Source of the DNA: Ramazzottius varieornatus
Taxonomy: Eukaryota > Animalia > Tardigrada
DNA length: 64,000 nucleotides
Reading direction: 5' to 3'
Assembly (NCBI GenBank): GCA_001949185.1
Contig: BDGG01000001.1
Location: 5,011,624-5,075,623, forward strand
In this document: positions 48,391 to 60,817 of the stretch, piece after piece
How the letters are laid out: each line of letters starts with the position of its first letter
Position numbering within the stretch: position 1 is the first letter of the stretch
Translations under genes and position numbers: made by a program
Notes under the pieces: model-generated
Seen by the model: only the letters and a program-made list of their open reading frames with translations
Told to the model about the DNA's origin: nothing
Databases searched by the model: none

Positions 48391-51300
48391 CTAATTTGCT
48401 AGGACCTCGACACACAAGACAATCAAGGGCATATTACAAGGCACAGAAGACTGACCCAGCAGTTGACGACTCCAGAAAATATTGCTTCCTCCGTTATGAC
48501 TAGAACCCGTTACCGGCGTTGTCTTTCCCATTCCCTGCTTCAGTTGGACATTCCTTTGCGCTGGACCGCCGCTATGATGCGTCAAGAACGCCGCACGACC
48601 TCGTTTCAGTACTGCATCCGATGTCCAATCATTGCAAACTTCGTCCTGAACTCTCTTCCCTGTCACATCGGAACCATGCCATAAAGCTTTCGTCGGCCAC
48701 CGATCGTCCAACATGACATCCTTTCCGTCGAAGGAATACAGTGCGCCAGTGCGGAGACCGTCGGTCTTAAGGCCATTGGTGTGGTCATGTAACCACGGGT
48801 CGTCCGTTAGAATACTGTCATCAAAAATACTGGCAAAGGAGGTAGCGAGAAGCTCGTCCTTGACGTTGACCACAGGGACTCCAGTACGGTGCCGTGCGTG
48901 AACGATGGTGTCCAAGTCTTGGGTCTGACCGGCGAGTAAGGCACGGTAGGTACCTCGAAGACCAGTCCGACGACTTTCTTTGAAGCATGCAAAGTCAGCT
49001 CCCCGAATACCGCCCTGACTCCCGCTGAACGGCTCGTCGAGAGCGATGAGGTGCAGCTTCATGTGAGGGTTTGTCAGTGTCCAATGGTGGGAAGTACTCA
49101 GCGATGAAGCTTCGGAACTGATAGATGGACCAGTGTGTGCCATGTGCGACGAACTTTTGTAGGTATCGTGCATCGTTGGGAGGTTTGACGTATCGGAAAA
49201 CTCTAGTGGTGGCCCCATCTGTAAGAGCAACAACGGATTACTTGATGTTGATCATCTTTCCGATTTTTCTTCGAGAAACAAATCCCCCACATACGTTAAT
49301 AGCTCTCCACCCAGTGCGGCTGCGGAGGAAGAGTTCATCTTCGGCCATCACATAAACGAGCGAACCCACTTTCGAAGAATAGGTGAGGCCTTTCAGCTCG
49401 TCTCGACTTCGGATTATCCGTATCTGTAAATAATATTTGATATGGTGCTCAAAACGGTGCCATCCTCTTCACAGCTTGGGCTTTTTGATTCTCACCCCAT
49501 AATATTTCTGGTTCGCCAAGGCGTTGACTGGATGGACCGACGGTTGAGGGTAAGCCGGTGGTGGCAGCACGGTGGAGTGTGCTGGTGGCTGCAGCTGGTG
49601 GGTCTTAAGCTCGCTGTCGTTGGCCGACACATAGACTATTTGCCCCGGAGGTCCAGGAGGTCCCGGAGCTCCATCATCACCTCTCCTACCTGGTCGACCC
49701 TGCAAGACATTGCATTTAATCTGGCGAAATCTACATTGTTTGTTTTGCACGGTTGGTTGCACGAAGAGTTGCTTCGCCTACCGGAAAACCAGGCAGCCCA
49801 TGCTCGCCTCTTGGACCGGGCATACCGGCTAGTCCTTGTTTTCCTGGAGGACCAATTGGACCCTGAAACCGCACATATGACTTTAGAGGTTTGGATATTT
49901 TAATTTGAGGAAGTTTGATTACGGTGCAGTGCTGGGCATCGGCTAGTGTGCCACAGGGCCGACTTTCCTTCTCATCGTTTTCTTCTTCCTTGTATTTATG
50001 CATGAAGACTTCAAACTTCTCCTCCAGAGTTTCGTCGGAACATCCGCAAGTATCGCTTTCCAGTAGCCCACTGCGGGCGGCTGTACTCCTTCCAGGTGGC
50101 GCTCGAGGTGTGACTTCACCTGGAGGTGGATGAGGTCGCAGTGGGGGAATGGGAGGGATACGAGGCTGAGCGGAAGTGGACTGAGGCTCTTGAGAAGAAG
50201 ACATATCTGTATCGTCAGGGTCGTCATCGTCCTCGGTGTAGTCACTGTTAGAAGACGCTTTGGTCGTGGGTGGGACATTCGACGGTGGTTGCTGCATCAT
50301 GTAATCGATCGATGATGTCCGGTGGTACGGTGGCGGTGGCGTGATAACAGGGGGCATCTCGGTCCAGTCGGGCCAGTCTTCATCCGTGTCTGACTGGGTT
50401 TGAGTAAGTGCTGCCGCCACGGCAGGCAGCCCAGATTGCTCGTCGATGGCTGTGTTATGAGAAGGGTTGGGAGTGGTGGTTGGGGTGTGGGCCTGGTTGT
50501 CGGTTGCATCGGTCAGGTCGCACATGCGTTCGGCGTCTTGTGGGTTCCGAGTGATTTTGAGTTCTTGGATGACACCTTTGAAGGGCGCTAGTAGGAGTGG
50601 TCCAGCTTGGCCAATGTACAGTGTGCTGGCGGGATCGAAGAGAACCGGGAAGAGGGCTTGGGATAGGGCGAAGCTGGCGTATAGGTGGCAGTTGAGGAAG
50701 ACAGTCAAACTGGAATCTGAAAATTCCTAAGTGTGAAAAAAATTCCAAAACACCTCGTACTGTTTTTGAAAAAGTCTCTCACGGTTGAAACTCTTCTTCT
50801 TCTGCAAGACGAAGGAATGGAGCAAACTCTACATTTTGGGAATGCAGCAAACTCTACATTTTGCTTCTAGATTGGATTGATCAAACGTCATGATCTTGTC
50901 AGAAAACTCGGACATCGGTTTGATGGTAGAGTGAAATCATACATGTGTGAAGATAATTGACGGTTGCATTGTGGTTCATTTTTGCCGAAAAATAGGGTAA
51001 AAAAAGCTCGGCAGGAGGTCGTACCAGTAAGTGCCAGCGCCAGACGAGTCCAATGCTGATGGGTGGTGGGTATATCAATATCCAGAAGTGCTTGAGAGGA
51101 CACGTGACGATTGGAATCACTCCAGTATAAAGTGAGGTTCTGTCGCTGCTGTTCCCCGTGGGCCGCTCTTGCAGAGGAGCTCGGGTCGACACTTGAAGGA
51201 TGGATACGAAGGCCAAACTGCACTACTGTGTCTAATGGGTTAACCCTGCATGACAATGCCTAGTCAAACCATAATATAATAATAGTTCTGCACAATCTTT

Positions 51301-52061
51301 AGCTGACATTGAATGCGTAGGCGGTGATTGAATTTTGAACTTTGGGAAAAATTAAGTGCAATATTTGATGCGGGTATTTGAGCTGTGTAATCAGAGCGGA
51401 TTAAGTTGGGGAAAATCGGTGGACGTACACGGCAAAGAGATATCCGCCCTGATCATCGTGGCCTTGGAAAGTGGTGATGATGGCCAGGTGCGAAGGATTG
51501 ATGCGCATTTGGGGAAAGTACAGGATGTGCGGAAAGGCCAGATTTGTTAAGCCATTGAGCTGGAATGCCGGGAAACCATCCATCCCTTCTACCAGTTTTA
51601 CGGCATGCCCGTTGCTTTGGGAATGGACTGATTGCATCGCTTGAAGCAGGTCGATATCTGCAAAGTCCGAAGACGACTTTCGTATTAATATAAACTTCTT
51701 TTAGAAAGTAAAACTGGACTAGGGCGTCGGCTCATGTCCAGTGGCTTTGTCGGTGGCCCAAGTCTTGAATTGCTCGAGATTACTTGATTCAGGTTATCTT
51801 GAAGAAATTCGATGTTAACTGAAACTGGAAAATTTGATAAGGGGATAATTTGAGGTTTGGTAAAAATTAATTTGCTGCACGACGAATGTTCGAAGAATGA
51901 CAAGAATGTCGATCGGCGTGCGGATATTATCAATTAAGGGGAAACTGACCATGTGCCGCTTTCACGCTTGACCACAGTCCGCCGATCATCAGCTGTAATA
52001 AGAGACTGAGCGTCATAAAGCTGATGCGTATCAGCTGACAGCGGATAATTAATAGATCCAT
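48391..52061 (-). CDS. Collagen XV/XVIII (multiplexin) with a very short triple helix
   Basis: Signal peptide, TSPN/LamG domain ('GGYLFAV|VNPLDTVVQFGL', 'WTRLAL', 'FKGVIQELKI'), 16 Gly-X-Y triplets, trimerization domain ('GSLVYVMAEDELFLRSRTGWR') and endostatin domain ('LHLIALD', 'GIRGADFACF', 'WHGSD', 'IVLCVE'). Confidence 0.93.
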
Positions 52062-53639
52062 TTTGCGCCGCTTCCATTCATCAATAAACTGTAAACATCC
52101 ACCGCCGTCTGTCCATCATCAAAACCACCAGCAACGACAACAGAATCAGTTCATCCCGAACTGTCTATAAAATTGCCGAATATCGATCCTCACAACAATT
52201 ATAAAAAGGAAGAATCGGTCGAACCGAAAATGCGCGGCTGAATGAAAATGAGATGAGGCAAAACACGGCGTTGCTTTGCATGCAACACGGAAGTTACAGA
52301 TCAAGCTCGACGTTGGGAACTGGAAGGACACTTTTTCGGGAAAAAATGAGTGGAGATGGAGAGGGAGTCAAAGTCAAAAGTGACTATTGGTTAAAAAACC
52401 GCGGATTAGGTTATGGATGATTGTTACGGCGCTTTGACACAGTAGCCGCTGAAGGAGTCAGTCAGTTAAGCATGCAGTATGTAAAGTGGCGGTTGGGATC
52501 AGGCATCAAAGTTATCTCTAAGTATTTGGAGGATGTATTAGGATGGACTGGCAGATGACAGGCGCGATGGACAAGCAGTTATCCTTTGCGGTAGTTAAAA
52601 ATCCGCAAGCCACACACGATCGATAGGTTGTTGCAATCGATATAGCCGTACTCACAATGAACGCTCTGACTTAATTTAGCTAACAACCATAACTCAAACA
52701 ATCATTCTTTGTCAAGCGCCCTTTCAACCCGCCACAATCGGGGAGTATTTCCCGATGACGCCATCGTGCAAGCTGTGTTAAATGCATAGCTTCATCCAAC
52801 ACGATTCAAGTAAACATGACCGCAATCCATAAAATAACGGAGGGAAAAGAACTTCGGCCGGCGCTGAACAAATTTGTTGTGGCAATATTATATCAAGTGG
52901 AAAATTGAGCCAAAGCCAGTTTTCTTTAATAACCGTTCATTTGGACATAATATGATCAAGTAATGCTGATAAAGGATAACATTATCGAGCTAGCCCGAAC
53001 TGAAGAAGCGCTTGAGGGGAAAATTGTTCGTGGGCGTTGTGAATGTGGTCAAGGCAATGGTGGAAACATGGACATGAAGAAGATAATGAAGGTGCAGAAA
53101 GTATCACTCGAATCGAGGAACGAATAGTGAATGGATGGAGGCAAAAATGGAATATTAATGAGAGTGGACGTGTGGACTGATAATTGGGCCGTCTTCTTTA
53201 TGTGCATGTTCCTCTACTGACGGACACTCGAACAATGGGAAATGAGGAAAGGAAGCTGAACCCTGTCACTTAGTCAACCTTTACGGACGTCTCGTAACAG
53301 CTGCTGGTTCAGTAGCACTACTTTCGTTCCTTGTAGCTGTAGATACGGAAATGGCCAGGTACATTTTGGACCTATTGTCTGCCATTGTGTGAGGGTTCAT
53401 GGGAAGACGGGCAGACAGTGTGAAGATGGACATGTAGGGACAATGCAAGGCCTCTTTGTCCGACGTGAGCCGTTGCATGCTTTGCTGGGGGTATTATGTT
53501 CGTATCGTTGCGCAGAAAATTAATACTTAAACATGGCCAATTATCGCACGCTTGCTTACATATCCCCCTCTTGACATTCTTCAGACGCTCTCTAGAAAAA
53601 GTTTTCGAGTGGCGTTCCGTTAAGCCGAAACCACAACAG

Positions 53640-54890
53640 AAAACCTACGGTAAACTACCGGAACAACCGACGTGTAAACCGCAACGCCCGTAGGCAATGA
53701 GTTGAACCAGATCGTTTTCCCAAGTAGCGCATACATCCAGCTAGTCACAATGGAAACGCGCGCCATTTCAGATGACGATCTGGTCCCAATCGTCCCAACC
53801 ATGAAAGCCAAACTGAGCGAACGAAGCTCAGTTCGTTTTGTACTAAAAATGGGAGATTCGAGGAACAGATTAGAAAGTCTCCTTATGAAATAAGAAAGCA
53901 AACCAGCGAAGCAGAAAGTGTAGAAGGAAATGGGACAAAATTTTTCTTAGTGGGGGATCTTGGGGGGAATCGTGGAATGCAATCAGCAGTTGATGGGATT
54001 AGTGCGTGTATTTGATTGTACTGTGGGATGTTATGTTTTGTACTGTATGGTAGAAACATGGGTTATGTTAAGCAGGAGTAGCTTAGAGCTGTCAAAGATG
54101 CTCGCAGGCAAATTTGTCAGGAGCACTGAATGGGGTGTATAGTAGTTCTCCGTGGAGCCATTCTCGATAAGGCTCTTCAGAAGAATAAATATGTATGAAC
54201 ATGACGGATGGATCGATGGCTTACTTGTTCATCTAGCCGCAATCTCAAGGGCCGGATGCAGATGCCCATCGAGTGCGCTACTAGAGCTGAAGGATTGCAG
54301 AAGGGAAGATGCATGTCGCGAAGACGAAGTCAAGCGTTGTAAAGTCTCTAAAGCGCTGCGCCGTCATTTGCGGTCCAGTTGGATCCCAGCACTGTCATAC
54401 ATTCTTCCTTATGTGTCCGGTTGAGCGAGTCGCCAAGCGTGCTGTGTGGTCTGGTCGTAAGAGGTAATTAAGCGCTTGACGAAGTTGATGGTTATGCCCA
54501 CCAACATGGCGGGGAAGTGGAAACTGGGCCCGCGCTTAAATACATACACAAGGCTATTAATTCCTAAATTGTTTTGGGACCGGAGGGAGCCTCCGGGGTC
54601 CTTGTATCCAATTACGTCAAATTGTGCAAGAGAGACATGGTGCCAGATGCAAGGGCCAAGGCGAAGAGGACTGGCTTCAACTTCGGTAGTTAAATCGCTT
54701 TTGACAGCAACGATTAGGCCTGTGATCGAGCTGGCCATCGCTTCCTGGAAGTTTGGAACAGCGCTCTGGGAAGCAGCGTTAAAGCATGGATTCCAGCTGA
54801 TACTGACTTATGACACTCGAAGTGCTCGTTTGTGTAAGATCCCTTCTACTATGAAAAGAATGACCTGCAGGTACTCTGGTTCGTTGCCTT
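53640..54890 (+). mobile_element. Possible highly decayed LINE ORF2 remnant
   Basis: Fragments 'PT...GNELNQIVF...ISDDDLV' (endonuclease end-like) and 'LLTATIRPVIELAIASW' (resembling the RT C-terminal LYxxxVRPxLEYAxxxW). No intact catalytic motif. Confidence 0.3.
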
Positions 54891-54960
54891 GATGAAGAAC
54901 TTGTGAAAGTATGTTGGCCTTTGTACTGATGGCTCCTTTCAGGAGTAGCTTGTAAGTGCC

Positions 54961-54974
54961 GTTTGCTCGGCAAC
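54961..54974. promoter_or_regulatory. X-box-like (RFX) motif upstream of CFAP52
   Basis: GTTTGCTCGGCAAC (reverse complement GTTGCCGAGCAAAC), about 105 bp upstream of the ATG. Confidence 0.45.
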
Positions 54975-55079
54975 GTCAGGCTCCAAATGCGGAGAGACAC
55001 CAACCAAGCTTTTTGCACGTGTAAGATATTCTAAAGTTTCAAAGTTTGAAAATCGAGTGAGGCAAATCTGACCATAAAA

Positions 55080-58000
55080 ATGTCGGCGGCAGCGGCGGAG
55101 GGCGTACCGGAAGGACAATTTGGGGCAGGAGACGATTTCACGCCAGATGGCACTGTGTTGCTTACTATGACCCGCGCGATTGGCTTCAATGGTATGGTGG
55201 CGCCACTGTTTCTTGTTCGTTCTTCTATTTTATTATGGTACTTTGGGACTGATGTAAATTTAATTATCAGGGAATGTTCACGATGGTTTGAGGGTTCACC
55301 ACGATGGACAGCACATCGTCTATCCTATGGGCAGTGCCTTGATCGTGGCCAACATCCGGACGCATAAGCAAGTTATCATGTCGGGTCACAGTAATACCAT
55401 CACCTGTGTTGAGATATCCCCTTCCGGACGTTATCTGGCCTCTGGACAAGCTAACCACATGGGCTTTAAGGCCAACGTGTGTATTTGGGATTTTGAGGAA
55501 AGGAAACTGATCGGTCGGCATGCCTTGCACAAAGTCAAGGTGGAAGCTGCTGTGCATTCGTTTAATGAGAAATATGTCGTGTCGATGGGCGGACAGGACG
55601 ATGGAAGGTTCGCCGTCTGGTGACCTATTTCCGCTCCTTGAGGTTGTCTGGCCATTTGTCCTAATTGTTTTCTTGCACCTAGTGTAGTAATATACGACAT
55701 GAATGCGCGGAGACCTCTCTGCGGTTTACAAGTACCTCGGACAGTTCAAGGCGTTACCAACAAGTTTGTGGCGCTGAATAAACGCGATGATGTCTTCCTC
55801 GCCCTTGGAAAGTGAGCATGGTCCGAAGTCAACAGTGTCACCATTCGGAGTCTTACGATTTTCGCTGGTTATAGTGGAATTATCCGGGTGTGGGAATTTC
55901 GAGCCGAAGAAAACCGTCTGGCCTATCGAAATTGCTGCTTGGGGATCGTTCACCGACAGATTGAATGTGTCAAGGTGGGGTTGATTTACCGTTTCAGTCG
56001 TGTCTGAATGGTTTTCGAAGGCTGTCTGATGAATTATTTTCTGAAGGTTGATGCGGACGATCGGTTTGTATACTACGGTACAAGAAGCGGCGATATCACC
56101 CAGGTCGAGTTGGACGTTAATCAAGCCGGCGACGTCACTCCACGTTTCATCGACAGCATTGGTCGGTTTCTAAAGACGGAAAAGCAACAGAAGAACGAGT
56201 CCTCTTGGTTCGGACACGGTATCTGTTTTTCTCTTTTAATAGAAAATGGTGTGTAGTCAGTTTCAGGGCTGCCTCAACCGCTCTCAAACCACTTTCTTCT
56301 TCAGGTGTGACTGCCCTGTTTTTACCGACCGATCAGAAGGATACCATGTTCATCGGAACGGGAAATGGATGCGTTTATGAAGTGCGTAAGATGATGGTGC
56401 CCGTCAAGGATCCCATCCGAAGCCGCCACGGTGTAACGCGCTCCTCGCCGAGATCGCGTACCGTTCTCGATCCGATCAGGTGAGACTACAGTTCGCGTAA
56501 AGTTTGCGCCGCTGGCTTTGAATTACGCATTTTGTTTAACAGGAAAGCACAACTTTCCGGGGAAATCACCACCATTTACCCAGCACTGCATCAGAAGTCG
56601 GTAAGTCATTTCGGCCAACTGTGCTGACCGAAGACGTTTCCCTTATGTGTCGTATAGGTTTATGTGGGAACTTCCGTGTCGAGTATCCATCGCTTCGATT
56701 CGGATAACTGGGCACGGTACGAGCTAATATTCACCACGAACCACGGATCGGTCTTCGGAGTGAATTTTCCCCAGTAGGTCCATCGCTCTGCATCGTAGCG
56801 TGTTTTCTTTCGACGGTATCCCTTATCCACACAATCGTTTTATTTGCAGAGATTTTTCCGGCGTTTTCGCGACAGCTGGACAAGACTACGTGCGACTGTG
56901 GTCAGCTGTCGACGGTCGGGAAATGCTAAGGTTGCAGGTTGCCAACATGGTTTGCACTGTTGTGGACTTCATGCGAGACGGACACAGTATTATCTCTGGT
57001 AAGTGACCGATTTGTAAACACGTTACGGTCGAGTAGAAGTGGAAGTTGTAAGAGATCAGAAGCAAGTACTGTTTGCAGCCTGGAGTGATGGGAAGATCCG
57101 GGCGTTTAGTCCAGAAAGTGGTCGCCTGCTGTACGAGATCAATGATGCTCATCCCAAAGCGGTAACGGCCATGGCTACCACCGGAGACTGCACACGCATC
57201 GTCACCGGTGGCAAAGAGGGCCAAGTTCGAGTCTGGATCGTCAGTCCATCGTAGGTTCACTTGAAAGCGTATGCGTGTGGGTTGCCTCACGTACTGTAGG
57301 CAACCTGCTGTAAATTTGACGATTGAGTTAACCGTAGAAAAGTGTTCTGAGTGAAATTGTACTCTTGAAGTTTGACATGCAGCCTAGAAAGCAATATTTA
57401 GTATTGTGCCGGTTTTCAGTAATGGGATAAGGCTTGTCCGACCATGCTTCTTCTTTTCATCAGAGGCCACAAAATGCTGAACTCCATGCACGACCACAAA
57501 GGCCTAGTCTCCTGTATCCGCATGAATCACGACAGTTCGAAGTGCGTCAGCTCGAGCGAAGACGGGACCTGCGTCATATGGGACCTTGAGTAATAGTCAC
57601 TTTCTTCGGTCTGTATGTCGATCACCAAGACCCAATGTAACCACATACTTGCAGGCGTTACACCCGGTTCCAGATGGTCTTTGCCAATACGCTCTTCAAG
57701 TGCGTGGTCTTCCACCCCCTGGGTTGCCAGATCCTGACCAGTGGCACCGATCGTCGGATAGAGTACTGGGAAGCTTTCAACGGACAATCCTGTCGCCACA
57801 TCTATGGTTCACAGGAAGGTGCCATCAACGCTCTCGACATCACCGATGATGGAAAATATTTCGTGACTGGTGGAGATGAAAGAATAGTCAAGATCTGGCG
57901 GTACCACGACGGTCGGCTGGTGGCAGTCGGCAGAGGCCACAGTGGAACCATTACTAACTTGAGAATATCGCCGGACAGGAAAACCATCTGTAGTGTCAGC

Positions 58001-58081
58001 ATAGATGGCGCTGTCTTACAGTGGGACCTCACCGTGTTGATTGCTCGCGATGCGCCAAATGTCCCTGAGACCATTACGTAA
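55080..58081 (+). CDS. CFAP52: Cilia- and flagella-associated protein 52 (WDR16)
   Basis: 'AIGFNG', 'IVYPMG', 'YLASGQANHMGFKANVCIWDF', 'LHKVKVEA', 'MGGQDDG', 'AWSDGKIRAFSPESGRL', 'QILTSGTDRRIEYWE'. Multiple WD40 repeats. Confidence 0.95.
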
Positions 58082-59029
58082 CAAAAAAACGACCCGCAAA
58101 AAAGGGGCATCCATTAGCAGAACGGAGCGTTATTCCTTTCGTTTACCTCTGGAGTTTGGTGAGACAGCTTTTTGTGATGTAAGCCTGTTCGAGTCGTTGA
58201 CGAAGCGCCACTTTTCAACGTTTGTGGTGTGCCTGTGTTAGGACGCTACAGATAATACTGTAAAAGCTCGGAAACCAACTTTTGCGCCTTCTGACGCAGC
58301 ATAGGTGCGTGTTGAAGCTGAGGAAGCGTTTTCTCTGTTCCAGAGTATCCACTCTAAAATCAAGCAGGCAATAACAGCCAATACTAATCATCTTATTGAT
58401 CCCTAAATCCTAGTGAGGTTACATTCTCCCTGTGACGTGGGCCTTTACAATGACTCTCACCTGTCACATTGTTAGCCAGGTACACATCTTCATGACTTTT
58501 AATTTGATCGATGGGTCCGGACAACCATAAAGACAAGTGATTGCTCCGACCTCATGTCGCACCTGGGGCTGTCATCGATATCCCTTTCATCTGCTAATCA
58601 GTGGATTGATATGATTGGTCCTGTGACAGCCATTTCCATATCCGGTGCACAGATGGGAAATAAAAAATAAGTGTTGTTGTATCAGTTAGAATATCATCGT
58701 TATCCTCATGGAACAACATTTTACAGCAGCAGCAGCTAGCAGGTGCGAGAAGAAAAGGTTTCGTACGGTACGTTACGCGTAAAGTCTAAAATCCACCTGT
58801 CATGTGTAGAGTTTCTCAAAAGATACTAGGAAGCAGTTGTGAAGTCGGCCCACATCTCGGTTACACCAGCCTATATGTCTAACTAAGGAATATTGTGGTA
58901 GGTTTAGGGTCGCACGTCTGGCAGGCCAGCTGGGTCAAGAAACCAAATCAACATAATCTTGCATCGTGCGAAAGGTCATTCGGCTTTTGGATCTGGGAGG
59001 CTGGAGACTGTGAAGATAGGGAAGTCAAG

Positions 59030-59903
59030 TTAGGCGCCACGGAAGCGGAAGTTCATCGGACCACGCTTTTCTTCGGCTTCTCTTAAACCTACAAAATTCG
59101 TGCGTTAGAGGTAACGAAAAAAACGGCGTTCGATGGGGAAGATGGCTGATACTCGTATGTGGGTGAGGTCACTCACTATTCATTTGATCGTAATAAGCAT
59201 CCCACTGATCTTTCTTGCCCCGCATGCCGAAGAAGCCGCTTGACGACGGCGCTCGTTTGGCTCCTCGGAAGCGGAAGTTATAAGGACTACGCTTGGGCCG
59301 CGCCCCTGACGAGAGGGAGACTTCTGAACTGGTGGCATCCGGCATCGTAATTTTCGCTGTCGACACCGACGGCTGCAATCAAACGCCCCGTTTCAACAAC
59401 CGCTCCTTGAAATTACTCATCGGCGGAAATCTTCAGTTCAAAAAGTAGCCAAGCCTTTTCTAGAGCTGTGTAATTAATGGGAGAACCCCGTGTAGAAATA
59501 CCTCATCGCCAGCGAATCGTTTGGCTCCTCGAAATCGGAAATTCATTGGTCCTCTCTTCTCTCGTTCATCCTCCGAACTTCCATATATAAACTGATTTTC
59601 CATCTCTTCCTGAAAAAAATGATTACTTTTGATTAAACATGCCGAAAAAAACAGGTTCGTGTCTACAAAGGTAACAACAAGCTGGTGATTACTCTTGATG
59701 AAACATGCCGGAAAAAAGTTCGTGTTTACAAAGGTAACAGCGAGCTGATGACTTTTAACAGGAGGCAGAAAACAACTTACGTGTTCAATCTCCCGTAAAG
59801 CTTCTTTCAGGGCTTCCCAACTGACAGGTCGCTGGCCGCCCACCTCATGCATTATGATAATGGCAATGATTAGGCAGCACCACTGCACGCTGCGGAGGAA
59901 CAT
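59030..59903 (-). CDS. Neuropeptide precursor: one tachykinin-related peptide plus three -NFRFRGA peptides
   Basis: Exons 59781-59903, 59502-59609, 59177-59372 and 59030-59088 give 161 aa. Signal peptide; KR-flanked GPMNFRFRGA, SPYNFRFRGA and APSSSGFFGMR-GKK; C-terminal GPMNFRFRGA*. Confidence 0.9.
59621..59757. repeat. Tandem duplication of about 65 bp in neuropeptide intron 1
   Basis: Two diverged copies of tgattactyttgat.aaacatgccg...gttcgtgtytacaaaggtaaca.c.agctg. Confidence 0.85.
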
Positions 59904-60779
59904 GGTGCCTTCTTTCTCTGTGGGTATAAACGGCATACATTATTTACAAATACCATCCCTGCCGATCACGTTCGTCTTTAAACGATTTGCCCTAAACATT
60001 AGCAATTGAAAAGTAACCGTTTGGAACTATTCTAATCGCTGCCGAGCCCTCTGATTCAACGGTCAATTAGATTCCTCCTGTTAGATACCGCAGAAAAATG
60101 GTCAGTAAACTTTCGCCCACCAGATCAGTCGCTCGGACACACTTCCTTACAAGGAAATTCCGCCATCCCGGATATTCTGACCCCCAAACCAATATGGCAG
60201 AAAGAAAGGGCAGAGAATGCACTATAATCCAGAATGAAGTGTTTCGGGGGAAACGATAACTGGACGCTACTGAAAAACTCGGGAAGAAGAGCTCGATTGT
60301 CGAACTCGGGCGTACAAGTCCGCTTCCATGACGTAAAATCTTTCGATTGATGCTTCTAGCTCGTCGAGACTGCTCACAATAAAAGGTACATGCTGCTCCA
60401 ACGCAAGCTGTCAGGTGTCCATGTGCAAACCATGCCGATCAGGTGATCATCTTCTTAACAGCCAAAAAAGCAAATCAAGGCATGTTACGTCAGAGCGCCC
60501 TTATTACGTCATCGGGACAGACTAGTCCGGCAACTGTTCCGCGGATCCCAAATTTTGCGGGGGCGTCCCGAGATTATTTTCGCCCACAAAGTCCATCCTT
60601 TTTTACAGAGTAGCCTCCTCTCTATCTTTCGCCCTATTGGTATCAGAATCGAAGTGCCCGGTTTAGCGTGATTCCTCTGTCCCTTTCCTATGTCCCTGCT
60701 GGAAATCCCAGCAGTATCCACCCAGGCAAAACTGTCAAGTTCGACACATTTCATGGAGAACGAAGATACTATACCAGGT

Positions 60780-60817
60780 TACTCGTCAAAGGTCAAACGT
60801 TTGACCTTTGACGAGTA
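60780..60817. repeat. Perfect 38-bp palindrome
   Basis: tactcgtcaaaggtcaaac|gtttgacctttgacgagta. Confidence 0.95.

Noticed and set aside
50815-50864. 25-bp tandem duplication in a collagen intron
   Set aside because: It is an ordinary slippage duplication with no sign of function.
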